Made by a program: the position numbers and the translations under genes. A stretch of DNA of 64,000 nucleotides, taken from positions 109,484 to 173,483 of the forward strand of contig NIVC01002440.1 in assembly GCA_002269645.1 (NCBI GenBank), in the 5' to 3' direction. Source of the stretch: Macrostomum lignano (Eukaryota). Below are positions 1 through 12,817 of this stretch, piece after piece; the first letter of the stretch is position 1, and the number at the start of each line of letters is the position of its first letter. Under the pieces are notes generated by a model that was not told where the DNA came from, made no database searches, and saw only the letters and a program-made list of their open reading frames with translations.

Positions 1-1338
1 TGATGGTGCCGATCAGCATCCGGTGCGCGTCAACATCGACGTCCAGGTAGAACTCGCCGAGCGGCTTCGTGCCGACCTCCACGATTTTCTCGTCGAAAGT
101 GATGTGCAGCACGAAGGTGCCGCGCTGCTCGATGAGGCGCTCCATCAGGAAGTTGAGCTGCTTGGGGGCATCCTTTGATTCCTGGACGCGCAAAATCTTC
201 TGCTCGGTGATGAAGTCGAGCAAGTCCACGGGGCGGCCCAGGCCGTGCAGCTGCACCCGCAGGGTGTACGCCATATTGCGCAGCGCCACCAGGTTGCTGC
301 CGCTCTTCACCGCGCCCGGCTCCATCGTGACCGACTGCACCTTGCTGTTGCCCTCTTCGTGCGAGATCAGAATGATGTCGATGGGCCGGGTGAGCTGCTC
401 CGGCTTGGGCAGCACGACGCCCAGCTGGTCCTTCTTCACCTGGTAGATCACCTGCATGTTGGGCAGGTAGTCGCTGGTCTGCTTGTGCGGGCACTCCTCG
501 GTGGCGGGTGCCTGGTCCTCCGCTTGCGGTGCCTGGTCCTCTGCTTGCGGTGCCTGGTCCTCCGCTTGCGGTGCCTGGTCCTCTGCTTGCGGTGCCTGGT
601 CCTCCGCTTGCGGTGCCTCCTCCTTAAGCTGGTCGTACGGGTCCTCGACCTCCGACGGCGGCGGCGGCGGTGGCGGTGGGGGCGGCAGCGATGTTGGCGG
701 GGGCGGCGGCGGCGGGGGCGGCGGTTGCGGCTCCGCCTGCTGCACCGGCGCGGGCTCGGCCGGGGCGGAGGCGACCGGTTTGATGCCGAGCGGCCTGCTG
801 CCGATCTCGTCCACCGCGCCAGTGGGGTTGAGGATCTTGGCCCGTTCCAGCCACTTCATGAACCAGTAGGCCAGGACGCCCTTCTCCTGCACTTCAACGT
901 CTTGCTCTCGCGGTGTCAGCGCCAGCAGCGCGGTGACGGGCTGCTTGTCGAAGCGCAGGCAGTACAGATACTCCTGGTGCGGCGTGAAGGGCACGGAGCC
1001 CTGCGGGTCGCCAGCGCGGTCCTGGTACAGCTTCTGCGTGCGACAGGCCTGGCAGGCACTGTCCGCGCAGTCCGCGCGGCATTTCTGCCTGGTGAACAGC
1101 AGCACGTCGGCGCCCTCGGTGTCGGCGACGCCCTGCACGCGCAGCAGGCGCATCTCCCTGGTCTGGAAGTTCACGTGCACCTGCACCTCATAGTCGCTGG
1201 AGTCCGCCAGTGGGGGTAGGGCACCGGCGGGTAGTGCGAGCTGTTGTTCACGTTGGCCAGGTTGTTGAGGTTGCGGGACTCGGGCGCGGCCGGTGCCGGC
1301 ACGAGCTTGCGGGTGACGATGCTGGAGCTGCCGGTCAT
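1..1338 (-). CDS. Uncharacterised protein, 5' part (about 445 aa visible, runs off the left edge), with poly-Pro tract and APQAEDQ repeats
   Basis: Manual translation: MTGSSSIVTRK...PPVPYP, then a 1-nt slip in the C-run at 1212-1216, then PLADSSDYEVQVHV...VLAYWFMKWLERAKILNP...YTLRVQLHGLG...HRMLIGTI, open to base 1. High GC3 and a CAG directly before the ATG. No family recognised. Confidence 0.7.
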
Positions 1339-1811
1339 GCTGGCGACTGGCTGGCCTGAGTGCACTTTAGAATCCGCTCGGGCTCCCAATCTGTGCTTTC
1401 CAACCACTGCTCTCGCTGCTAGCTGTGTTAGCTGCCTAGGAATAGATCGCTCACTAGAGCTGACTGTACACCGCGGGCCCGAGGCCCTCCCGGCCATAGA
1501 CAGTCGCCAGATCTGCGGCTATTTTTAACCACCGGGTGGTGACTGCCAGACTAATTCTGCTGAGTGCAGCCTGAGCTCACTAATCCCTTCCTCACTGCTC
1601 ACCTCATCTTGTGCTGAGTCCACTGATGTACAGCGCGGTAATCAGGGAGATCCAAAGCGCTCAAAGGGGAAGGGGAAAATTGTGCCGCCAGAAATCCGGC
1701 AGATTAGCGGCCTGCTTTGGAGCCGGTGGCAAGTGCCAATCAACAAGAAGTGCTGGACAGACCCCTGCAGGCAGCTTAAAGCCTTGAAGGGGAGGATAAA
1801 CCGGGCCTGAG

Positions 1812-1970
1812 ACAGGGAATTGGGAATGTGACGGTGAATTCACAGGGAATTGGGAATGTGACGGTGAATTCACAGGGAATTGGGAATGTGACGGTGAATT
1901 CACAGGGAATTGGGAATGTGACGGTGAATTCACAGGGAATTGGGAATGTGCCAGTGAATTCACAGGGAAT
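1812..1970. repeat. 30-bp minisatellite, about 5 copies
   Basis: Unit acagggaattgggaatgtgacggtgaattc. Confidence 0.95.
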
Positions 1971-2139
1971 GCTTTCACCGTGTAGCCGTATGTCGGCTTC
2001 AATGCAGGAGTGACAATTCGGAAAAAGCACGCAGCCTGTAGCAAAAAATGTTGCTCCACCTCCTGATTTCAGTTTGCAACAAAACTTCAGCTTAGTAAAA
2101 TTATTTTATTATTCTTTCCCAACAGCTTCTTACTTCATC

Positions 2140-2385
2140 GGCATTTAATCAGAAGTTGCTCTTTGTAGAACAAAGGCTGCAGAAAGCAATGTTCTTGGCC
2201 TTTGTTACCCCTGCTCAAAGCCCTTGATGTTCTGATGGCATCCGTGCTCTTCTGAGTAGTCACCCATTTTGTAGCCTCGGTGAGAGCTCACTGCTTTTCT
2301 TCTGTATGATTTGAGCAGGTCCTCAATGAGTTGCTTATGGTTGGATACCTTGGGGTTACCAAGAAATCTCTGTACGACTGCTCAC
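2140..2385 (-). mobile_element. Degenerate CMC/Chapaev-type DNA transposase C-terminal fragment
   Basis: Translates AVVQRFLGNPKVSNHKQLIEDLLKSY...MGDYSEEHG-CHQNIKGFEQG*. This resembles the recalled VVxNFLGN...YxxLVxxML...LGAVSDEHGERFHQDI motif, with the HFLHSH segment missing. Confidence 0.55.
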
Positions 2386-2402
2386 AGCTTCTTTATGTAG
2401 TT

Positions 2403-3387
<985 letters not shown>

Positions 3388-3933
3388 AAGGCAAAGGCGG
3401 CAAGCTGCAGCCAAATTGAGTTCATATCCGAGCGCCATTGGATTTCAGCGGGGCCCGCAGACCGGGCCGCTGAGCCCCTCAATTCAATTTTCGCCACGCC
3501 CGGAATTCGGACCGCAGCCGCCACCGCCTTTCAGGCCGCGCCGAGGGGGGATAAAAGGGTCGCCGAGCTGGAGGGAGTTGAAGAGGGAAATGGGGAAAAA
3601 GAGACGAATAGAAAGTGTGGCTGGAAGGGAAGGTGAGTTAATTGACACCTCAGTGCGGCCATCCAAAGCCTGTTAGATCGCAGCTGCAGTCCCCGCAGCA
3701 GGTGGGCTTGGATTTTTGGCCGCGGCCAGTTGCCGGGATAAAATGGATAGGATAAAGGCGTCGTAAGTGGATGCCTGAAATTGGAAATGCCCATTTCTGA
3801 CAATGGGATTTGAGTGGATAATTGATGGGGTAGGTAGGTACTTAATTAGGTTGAGCTGATGCTGTATGGATGTACCGTACAGTGTGGGGTAGATACGGCA
3901 GATGCAGTGGAATAGATTCGTATTCTGCATGTA

Positions 3934-4197
3934 GGTGGGGTAGACAGGGTGGGACAGTCAGGGTGGAGTAGACAGGGTGGGGTAAGTCAGGGTGGGGTAA
4001 GTCAGGGTGGGGTAAGTCAGGGTGGGGTAGACAGGGTGGGGTAAGTCAGGGTGGGGTAGACAGGGTGGGGTAGACAGGGTGGGGTAAGTCAGGGTGGGGT
4101 AGACAGGGTTGGGTAGACAGGGTGGGGTAAGTCAGGGTGGGGTAGACAGGGTGGGGTAGTCAGGGTGGGGTAGTCAGGGTGAGGTAGACAGGGTGGG
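3934..4197. repeat. 14-15-bp G-rich minisatellite
   Basis: Unit cagggtggggtaga / cagggtggggtaagt. Confidence 0.95.
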
Positions 4198-4379
4198 CCA
4201 GTCGCATTGGCAAAAAGATCACAAATATTAGCAGTATTTTCGATGCAGGACGCAGAGCTGCTGCGGCGCCCGCTCAGCACGGCTCCAATATATTTGTCAG
4301 AAACTCCAAAGTCAAGTGTCAGCAAATGTCAGCAAGTGTCAGAGTCACCCTGTCGGGTCAGCTCCGGCCCCAGTTGGTG

Positions 4380-7300
4380 TCATTCCAAGTCCTCCCAGCG
4401 GAGCCGGCCGCCCCTGGTCTCCCGGCCGCCGTCGCCGTTGCGGAACGGCGGCTCCTTGGGCTGGTCGGCCTCCTCAAAGGTGTACTTCATCGGCCACCAG
4501 CGCTTGCTGCGGGTGGGTGGGGTGCTGAGGTGTCGCGTGTGCGTGCAGCTGCACAGGGAACGGGGCGGATGGTGAAGTGAAAAGTGGAAACTGGGAGATA
4601 GATGGGGCTGGTTTAGATATGACTAGGAAGATAGGGAACTGGGAAGTGCGAGAAGGGGATAAAACCAGATAATCAGGAAAGGGGAGTCGTGAGAAGGGAA
4701 TCGGGAGAGGGGAGTCGGGAGAGGGGAGTCGGGAGAGGGGAGTCGGGAGAGGGGAGTCGGGAGAGGGGAATCGGGAGAGGTTAATCGGGAGAGGGGAGTC
4801 GGGAGAAGGGAATCGGGAGAGGGTAATCGGGAGAGGTTAATCGGGAGTGGGGAGTCGGGAGAGGGGAATCGGGAGAGGGGAATCGGGAGAGGGGAGTCGG
4901 GAGAGGGGAATCGGGAGAGGGGAATCGGGAGAGGGGAGTCGGGAGAGGGGAATCGGGAGAGGGGAATCGGGAGAGGGGAATCGGGAGAGGGGAATCGGGA
5001 GAGGGGAGTCGGAAGAGGGGAATCGGGAGAGGGGAGTCGGGAGAGGGGAATCGGGAGAGGGGAGTCGGGAGAGGGGAATCGGGAGAGGCGAGTCGGGAGA
5101 GGGGAGTCGGGAGAGGGGAGACGGGAGAGGGGAGTCGGGAGAGGGGAGTCGGGAGAGGGGAGTCGGGAGAGGGGAGTCGGGAGAGGGGAGACGGGAGAGG
5201 GGAGCCGGGAGAGGGGAGACGGGAGAGGGGAGTCGGGAGAGGGGAGACGGGAGAGGGGAGTCGGGAGAGGGGAATCGGGAGGGAGGGAGTCGGGAGAGGG
5301 GAGACGGGAGAGGGGAGTCAGGAGAGGGGAGACGGGAGAGGGGAGACGGGAGAGGGGTAGTTTGCGAGTATGATAATAATAAAGAAATAATAATAAGGAA
5401 AATCAAGAAAGTTTTGTCCGGGGATTGGAATCGTGAATGGGGAAGAGAAGGGAATTAGGAGAGGAACTTTGGAAAGGGAAAATTAGGGAAGACTTAGAGA
5501 GCTAACTAGGAAAGAAATTGAATCTAGACAAGGGAATTAGGAGAAGGGGAAGTTGGGGAAGGAGGATCAAGATAGGAATTGAAATATGAGAGCGCATTCA
5601 AGTTATTGCAGATTTGGGCAGAAAGGGACTGAATGGTGCAGCTCAAGGAACTGCAGTTTGCAGTGAGCAGATAAACAACTCGCGAAAATTGCAGTTTTTA
5701 TCCAACTTCATCTCCCTTGATAGTGGAGAAGGGCAGCTCGCAGCATGCTGCCCACCTGCCTGCGCAGTTAGCTGTGTCTGGATCTGCAGCACCCCTCCAA
5801 GAGAAATAAGCATACACCCCATCAGACTGCTGTGTTTGCAGGCTGTGAGCTCTTTGATTTCGAGTTTTAACTGCAGTTTCTGCTGCTTTCGCTGAAGGCA
5901 AAGTTCCGAGAGCTGCAGAGTGAGAGCTCATCCGCGCGGATGCTTCGCTGCGAGACCTCTGAGGGCGCCGCCGGATTTTGGGGAAAAATCAGAAAATTGC
6001 TCCACGGGTCAGTGACTAGGGTTAAGGGAGCCACCTGTTACTCAGGGATTATCGCCTGATAGTCAGGGACTTTCACTTGTCAGTCAGGGACATCACCTGT
6101 CAGTCAGGACATCAGCTGTCAGTCAGGGACATCACCTGTCAGTCAGGGACATCACCTGTCAGTCAGGGACATCACCTGTCAGTCAGGGACATCACCTGTC
6201 AGTCAGGACATCAGCTGTCAGTCAGGGACATCACCTGTCAGTCAGGGACATCACCTGTCAGTCAGGGACATCACCTGTCAGTCAGGGGCGTCATCTGTCC
6301 AGTCAGGGACATCATCCGTCAGTCAGGGACATCACCTGTCAGTCAGGGACATCACCTGTCAGTCAGGGACATCACCTGTCAGTCAGGACATCAGCTGTCA
6401 GTCAGGGACATCACCTGTCAGTCAGGACAGGACATCACCTGTCAGTCAGGGACATCACCTGTCAGTTAGGGACGTCACCTGTCAGTCAGGGGCGTCACCT
6501 GTGAAATCAGGAAAATTCCGACCACAAAAGGAGCTGGCCTTTGATCCCGCGGCGAGCGCACGGGACCCGCTGGCTCTTTGAGCTTTGAACACTTTCTGCT
6601 CTAATCCCCACCCAAAGCCCCTGCAGGTGATTTTAGAAGCCGGACATTTCCGGTTCGCCAGAATCTGCGGCTATTTGAAGCGCGGGAGAAAACTCTCAGC
6701 CTTGGACTTTGGCAAAAATTAAAAATCCCGAACTTCTCTGTATTAAGCCGCTTGTACCCTACATATGTAGTCTGAAAAAGTTCGTACTGTGTTCCAGTAC
6801 TGACCAAACCCAACACCCGGGGCCGATCTACATGTAGAATCCAACACCCGGTGCCGATCTACATGTAGAACCCAACACCCGGGGCCGATCTACATGTAGA
6901 ATCCAACACCCGGGGCCGATCTACATGTAGAACACAACACCCGGTGCCGATCTACATGTAGAACACAACACCCGGGGCCGATCTACATGTAGAACACAAC
7001 ACCCGGTGCCGATCTACATGTAGAGCCCAACACCCGGGGCCGATCTACATGTAGAACCCAACACCCGGGGCCGATCTACATGTAGAACCCAACACCCGGG
7101 GCCGATCTACATGTAGAACCCAACACCCGGTGCCGATCTACATGTAGAACCCAACACCCGGGGCCGATCTACATGTAGAACCCAACACCCGGTGCCGATC
7201 TACATGTAGAACCCAACACCCGGGGCCGATCTACATGTAAAACCCAACACCCGATGTGCCGATCTACATGTAGAGCCCAACACCCGGTGTCGATCTACAT

Positions 7301-7662
7301 GTAAAACCCAACACCCGGTGTCGATCTATATGTAGAACCCAAAACCGGCTACAGCCTATATGTAGAACCCAATTGATGCATTTCAATCAGTGATATTGTT
7401 CTACCCACAGGCCCAATTAAACCCTTATCATCAAAGCTGTTGTTAGCGATACATGTCGGCTCGCAAACGCTCACCCCTGCATCCAGGGCTCAGCTGACTC
7501 AGCGGGCAGTGCACGGGCAGGCGGCAGCGCCAAAAGGGTGGCTGCAATCGGCGAGACGGTTAAGTCGGTGAATCGTGAAAGGCTACTCAGAGAATTTGAG
7601 CAGTGGAACTCACAGGCGCACAGGGCGGCCAGCAGGCAGGTCAGCAGGGCGAGTCGAGGCAT
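4380..7662 (-). CDS. Candidate secreted neuropeptide-like precursor, 3 exons (7614-7662, 7475-7541, 4380-4506), 80 aa
   Basis: Joined product MPRLALLTCLLAALCASTLLALPPARALPAESAEPWMQGKRWWPMKYTFEEADQPKEPPFRNGDGGRETRGGRLRWEDLE*. Donors are GTGAGT and GTGAGC, acceptors ATTGCAG and CCCGCAG, and phases are compatible (1, 2). Hydrophobic N-terminus; GKR is formed across the last junction. Confidence 0.5.
4680..5358. repeat. 14-bp G-rich minisatellite (intronic)
   Basis: Unit gggagaggggagtc / gggagaggggaatc. Confidence 0.97.
6076..6500. repeat. 20-bp minisatellite
   Basis: Unit gtcagtcagggacatcacct. Confidence 0.97.
6806..7372. repeat. 31-bp minisatellite
   Basis: Unit aacccaacacccggggccgatctacatgtag, containing the palindrome ctacatgtag. 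Confidence 0.97.
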
Positions 7663-8083
7663 TCCGAGTTGAATTTCGAGCTGCTCCAAGCGGGTGTTTG
7701 GGAAAATTAACAGAAACCCGAGCGAGGAGAGCGCGGGAGGAGGGCTGCTCAGGCTTTTGAGTGCGGCAGCAGGCTGGGGCAGCTCAGCCGCCATTGGCTA
7801 GGCTTGTCAGACTCAGCTGCTCACTGCCCAGCGGGTTGGCAAGGCCTGCAGCCAGTTGCCAGGGGGTTTAAACTGAGTCCGAGTCAAAAGAGAGGCGAGT
7901 CAGCACTCCGCCATTCAGTGATCAGCGATAACAGTGCAGATACTTCAACAGCAGCTGCCGCTGCGACTCCCCAAAGCAAGCAGCAGGTCAAGGCGGTCTC
8001 GTGTATTTCTGGCTGCGAGCTGAGACTGCAGCGCATGAGTAAAAATATGCACAGGCCGAGAACGAACCAGGGCCCGAGAATTG

Positions 8084-8590
8084 GGGAGAGGGGATAGAAT
8101 GGGAGGGGGATAGAAGGGAGAGGGGAAAGAATGGGAGAGGGGAAAGAATGGGATAGGGGATAGAATGGGAGAGGGGATAGAATGGGAGGGGGATAGAAGG
8201 GAGAGGGGATAGAATGGGAGAGGGGATAGAAGGGAGAGGGGATAGAATGGGAGAGGGGATAGAAGGGAGAGGGGATAGAAGGGAGAGGGGATAGAAGGGA
8301 GAGGGGATAGAAGGGATGGGATAGAATGGGAGAGGGGATAGAATGGGAGAGGGGATAGAAGGGAGAGGGGATAGAAGGGATAGGGGATAGAATGGGAGAG
8401 GGGATAGAATGGGAGAGGGGATAGAATGGGAGAGGGGATAGAAGGGAGAGGGGATAGAATGGGAGAGGGGATAGAATGGGAGGGGATAGAATATGAGAGG
8501 GGATAGAATGGGAGAGGGGATAGAAGGGTGAGGGGATAGCATGGGAGAGGGGATAGAAGGGTGAGGGGATAGAATGGGAGAGGGGAGAGA
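8084..8590. repeat. 17-bp purine-rich minisatellite
   Basis: Unit gggagaggggatagaat. Confidence 0.97.
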
Positions 8591-8811
8591 AGGGGAGGGA
8601 AAGAGATGAGGGGAAGATAGGGTGCAGGAGGCACCAAAAGAACAACAAAATACAGCAAAGTACAATGAAATACAGCAAAATACAGCCAAGTACAGCAAAA
8701 ACAGCACAGGCAGAAATCCGTGAGCAGCATGATGAGCATCGAAGCCCCGATTGCAAGCCAGCAGCGGCCGCAGCTCTGTACACCGGCCCGGAGTACTCAG
8801 CAAGGGGCCGC

Positions 8812-9340
8812 TCAGGTAAAATACGGCGGCCGCTGCACGTTGATGCCGCACTCCTGGAAGGCCGGGCCGAGGTCCTCCATTGTCAGTGTCAGGCGCTTGC
8901 CGGGCTGGCCGGAGGAGCCGCCGCCGCCAGCGGCAGCCGAGCCGGCAGCCCCGGCAGCTCCGGGGGCGGCGGAGGCGGTGCCGGCGGCCGCGGCTCCCGG
9001 GGTGCCGCCGCTGGCCCGCTTGGCCGCGGGGCCGCCCTGCCTGGCTCGGCAGTGGTGCATGGCGTCGCTCACGATGTCTGAAATGAACTTCTGGCCGGCT
9101 AGGGACACCAGGCGGAGCAGGCGCTGGTCGGCCACCTCCAGGCCGCTGCGCTCCAGGTAGTACTGAGTGACCCGGTCCGGGATGGTGGGCTGGTATTCGT
9201 CCAGCTGCAGGAAGAAGTCCGACAGGGACACCGGCTGCTGGAACTGCGGCCTCTGCTGCTGCTGCGGCTGCTGCTCAGCCGGGGAGAGGCTCTCGTCACC
9301 GTTCTGCAAGCGTCGGGGGCGGCTTCGCTGCTGCTGACAT
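8812..9340 (-). CDS. TAF10: TFIID subunit 10
   Basis: LSDFFLQLDEYQPTIPDRVTQYYLERSG...RLVSLAGQKFISDIVSDAMHHC...LTLTMEDL...GINVQRPPYFT matches the TAF10 histone fold. The ATG at 9340 joins the ORF if one extra T at 9308-9309 is removed. Confidence 0.95.
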
Positions 9341-9688
9341 GGGCTGGGGAATTGCGGAGGCGGGGTATGGGATGGGGAATTGCGGAGCGGGGTATGGGCT
9401 GGGGAATTGCGGAGCGGGGTATGGGCTGGGGAATTGCGGAGGCGGGGTATGGGCTGGGGAATTGCGGAGGCGGGGTATGGGCTGGGGAATTGCGGAGGCG
9501 GGGTATGGGCTGGGGAATTGCGGAGGCGGGGTATGGGCTGGGGAATTGCGGAGGCGGGGTATGGGCTGGGGAATTTCGGAGGCGGGGTATGGGCTGGGGA
9601 ATTGCGGAGGCGGGGTATGGGCTGGGGAATCGCGGAGGCGGGGTATGGGCTGGGGAATCGCGGAGGCGGGGTATGGGCTGGGGAATTG
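9341..9688. repeat. 28-bp minisatellite abutting the TAF10 start
   Basis: Unit gggctggggaattgcggaggcggggtat. Confidence 0.97.
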
Positions 9689-10209
9689 CTAGGGAACCAT
9701 AAAAGCGGTGAGAATGAATGAGAATGGCAACCGTAGAGGCCGTGGCAGGTAAGCAGGAGGTCGCAGAGCTACAGGGCAGCATTAAACTATCATATTCAGA
9801 TCAAGCCCCAGCCATCAATGCTTGGCCAAGCAGTCCCCTAAGCGTTGCTGCTTCTAAAAGCAGGAGAGCTCCGCAGCGCTTTCAAAGCTGAAACAGACTG
9901 GCTGAGCAGGGAAGATGCAGAGATTAAAGAGGCTGAGAGCCGGAAGCAGGGGGATTAGCTAGCGGGTCAAGCAGGGGATGACGAGCCTGTTACTAATCCC
10001 AGAGCATCCCCAAGAAAACAAGGGCAAAGACGGGCAGTTGTGAATGAGAAGCGACAGCCAAATCAGAGCAAATTGCGGCTGGTTTATTTTGCTTTATCGA
10101 GTAAATGCGGCCTGCAGGCTGGCCGAGCGGAGCAGTTCGGAGACAAAAATTATTGCAGCTGGGAGGGGGCGGAGTCAGGAGCACCAGGTTCGAGCTCGGG
10201 CCCGAGAAT

Positions 10210-12030
10210 TCACGGCTTCCGCTTAGCGGCCGAGAAGCCAAAGAGGCCGCCGCCGGGGCCGCCAGCCGGGGCGCCGAAGCCGGCGAAAGGCGCTGAGGCC
10301 GCAGTGGCGCCGAACGCCGGCGCCGCCTGTCCAGCAGCGGAAAATCCACCGAAGCCGCCGGCGCCGCCGAAGAGGGACGGAGCGGCCGCCGCAGGCTGGG
10401 TGGCCACGGAGGCGGCGGCTGCGGCGGCGGTGGCGGCCGCAGAAGCAGCAGCCAGCGAGTCGTCGCAAGGCGGCGGCCCGAAGTTCGAGTGGCGGCCGCG
10501 GCCGGAAAACGGGGAGGTAGCGGAGGCGGCGCGCGGCGAGGCGGAGGCGGCGAACGGGTTGCGGAAGTCGCCGCGGGAGCGCCGGTAGGCGAGGAAGTCG
10601 GCGCGCAGGCGGTCGCAGGTGGCGCTAGCGGCGCCCAGCTCGGCGGCGCAGGCAACCAGCGCCTCACGCGCCTGCCGCAGCGCGTTGAGCAGCTCCTGGC
10701 CGCTGACCCGGCCGCTGCTGCCGTCTAGACAGAGCGCAGCCTCGAGGTCCTCGATCTCCGCCCTCAGCAGGCGAATTTTGCCGGCCGCCTCGGTCACCAG
10801 CTGGCCCAGCAGGTCCAGCGCCTCCTGGCTGTCCGCCTGCTGCCAGGCCGGCTGCTCGAAGCTCCGACGGGCCACCGACAGCTGCCTGCCGAGCTCCGCC
10901 AGGTCGCTGCGAAGCCTCACGGCGGCGCTGACGCTGGCGGCCCGGCCGGTGGCCAACCGCCTAACGGCCTGCGCCACCGACTCCGCCTCTTCCGCCACCC
11001 TGCCGAGCTCCTGCGCCAGCCCCGCCCTGTCCGCCTCCATGCGCAGCCGCAGCTCCCGCTGGGAAGCGACGTGGCGGCGGAAGGCCTCCACAGTCACCAG
11101 GACCTCATGCGGGATCTCCGACTCCAGCACGCTCTTCGCCTCCGTCGTGGAGCCGCTAGCGCCGGCGCCACCGCTGCCGCTTGAGCTGCCGGCGCCAAAA
11201 CCGCCGATTCCCGCGCCGCCGCTGCCAGCAGCCGCGGAGCCGCTGGCGAGACTCGAACCCGGGACGCCGCCGAGGCCACGAAAGGCTGGCGCCGCAGCTG
11301 CTGGCGCTGATGTTGCCGCAGCCGCCAAAGTGGAAGCGCCAGGCGCCGGAGCCGAGGTGCCGAACGAGAAGCCTCCTGGCGCTGGAGCGGCCGCAGCGGT
11401 CGGAGCGGCTCCGAGCGTCAGGCTAAGTGCCGGCTTGGCTGCAGCTGAGGCAGCAGCCGGGGCTGCCAGAGACAGCGGCGCGGTGGACAGGTTGAGCCCT
11501 ACGATGGTGGACGACTGAGTGGAGGCCCCAGCGCCTCCGAGGCCCTTAAGGGCGGCCCCAGGTGCCGCAGCAGCAGGTGCGCCGGTCGTCGATGCCGAGG
11601 CAGCGCCAAAAAAGCTGCCAAAAGCCGGCGCTGGGGCGCCAGACGGAGCGGCGGCGGTGGCGGGCTTGGCGCCAGTGGCTGAGGCGCCAAAGCCAAAGGG
11701 CGCCGGCTGGCCGGCTGCTGGCGGCGCCGAGGGCGCGGAGGCGAGGGAGCTGAGGGGCGTGGTGGAGGACAAGTTGAGGCCCACGATGGTTGAAGACTGC
11801 CCGGCCGCCGCTGGGCCGCCAGCCGCTCCAGGCGTCCCGCCGGCCGCCCCGGCCGCTGCCAAGGAGCCGCCCGTTGACGCCGCGGCCCCGAATGCGGGCG
11901 GCTGTTGCGGCGTCAGCGACAGGTTGAGGCCGCCCAGGGTGCTGGAGCTGCCCGCCGCCAGGGGGGCCACCGTGGCCAGCTTCGGGCCCGCCGAGGCAGC
12001 CGGACTGGCGCCGAATGAGAAGGCGGACAT
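10210..12030 (-). CDS. NUP58: FG nucleoporin p58/p45
   Basis: N-terminal FG/FSFG and GLNLS repeats; coiled coil ESEIPHEVLVTVEAFRRHV...AEIEDLE...QELLNAL...FLAYRR...NPF aligns with the recalled Nup58 core; C-terminal FG tail. Intronless, ATG at 12030. Confidence 0.85.
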   Translation of the reverse strand: MSAFSFGASPAASAGPKLATVAPLAAGSSSTLGGLNLSLTPQQPPAFGAAASTGGSLAAAGAAGGTPGAAGGPAAAGQSSTIVGLNLSSTTPLSSLASAPSAPPAAGQPAPFGFGASATGAKPATAAAPSGAPAPAFGSFFGAASASTTGAPAAAAPGAALKGLGGAGASTQSSTIVGLNLSTAPLSLAAPAAASAAAKPALSLTLGAAPTAAAAPAPGGFSFGTSAPAPGASTLAAAATSAPAAAAPAFRGLGGVPGSSLASGSAAAGSGGAGIGGFGAGSSSGSGGAGASGSTTEAKSVLESEIPHEVLVTVEAFRRHVASQRELRLRMEADRAGLAQELGRVAEEAESVAQAVRRLATGRAASVSAAVRLRSDLAELGRQLSVARRSFEQPAWQQADSQEALDLLGQLVTEAAGKIRLLRAEIEDLEAALCLDGSSGRVSGQELLNALRQAREALVACAAELGAASATCDRLRADFLAYRRSRGDFRNPFAASASPRAASATSPFSGRGRHSNFGPPPCDDSLAAASAAATAAAAAASVATQPAAAAPSLFGGAGGFGGFSAAGQAAPAFGATAASAPFAGFGAPAGGPGGGLFGFSAAKRKP

Positions 12031-12140
12031 GTCACTCGGTAGATGCTGGAGTGTCACTCGGTAGACGCTGGAGTGTCACTCGGCAGACGCTGGATGTCAC
12101 TCGGCAGACGCTGGATGTCACTCGGTAGACGCTGGATTGT
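12031..12140. repeat. 22-bp minisatellite abutting the NUP58 start
   Basis: Unit gtcactcggcagacgctgga(t/gt), about 5 copies. Confidence 0.9.
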
Positions 12141-12817
12141 CACTCTCCAGACAATGCAGGTCACTTGGCAGCAGAAACGCACAAACAGAGCAGTGTTGAG
12201 TCAGGTAGAACTCATTGATAATCAATAATTAGTGCATAATTAACACTTGAATCCCCTATCAGCAGTAATTTAAATAAACAGCAAAACAGAGACTGATCTC
12301 ACTCACCGCGTGTCAGTTTGACAAGCAGAGCTGGCAAGGCTTAAATTTTATTTACAAATGACAGCTTCAGCTACAGGCATTACAGAGCACAATATTTGCA
12401 GCATTGAATTACCGAGCACACAGGGGACACGCGGGAGCTGAAAGCTATCCCAGCCTGCAGTCGCAGCTGAATACCAGGCTGGCAGTTGCCGCACCCACTG
12501 GGAGCCGATTGCCACCAATAAAATGGCATATTGACAATCTCCGGGACTTGGGGAAGCGGCGCCGAAGGCTGCCGAGTTGAACTGGGGGCAAACATCCGCC
12601 AGGATGCGGAACAATGGGGCGCTGCGCCAGGGCAAACAGAGCTCAATGAAAATCCCCGGGTTTGCGACTCGGCACCGTTGCGGCTCAGTGGCTTTCAGCG
12701 GCAATTTGACACCGGCTGAATTCCCCACTGAAGCTGCCTGCCTTGCCGCTCGAATCCCCCGCCATTCTCACTGATCCCTGCGCCTGCTTAAGGCCTTTAC
12801 TGGCGGCTTGGGGCGAT

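Noticed and set aside
245-1219. 324-aa plus-strand ORF
   Set aside because: Antisense shadow of the minus-strand gene, caused by high GC3.
6806-7372. ctacatgtag palindromes as p53-type sites
   Set aside because: The flanks do not fit RRRCWWGYYY, and repetition is explained by the array.
7884-8851. Three long minus-strand ORFs with PFYPLS repeats
   Set aside because: Read through the 17-bp minisatellite and the TAF10 3' region; no domain content.
10619-12064. Ala-rich plus-strand ORFs
   Set aside because: Antisense shadows of NUP58.
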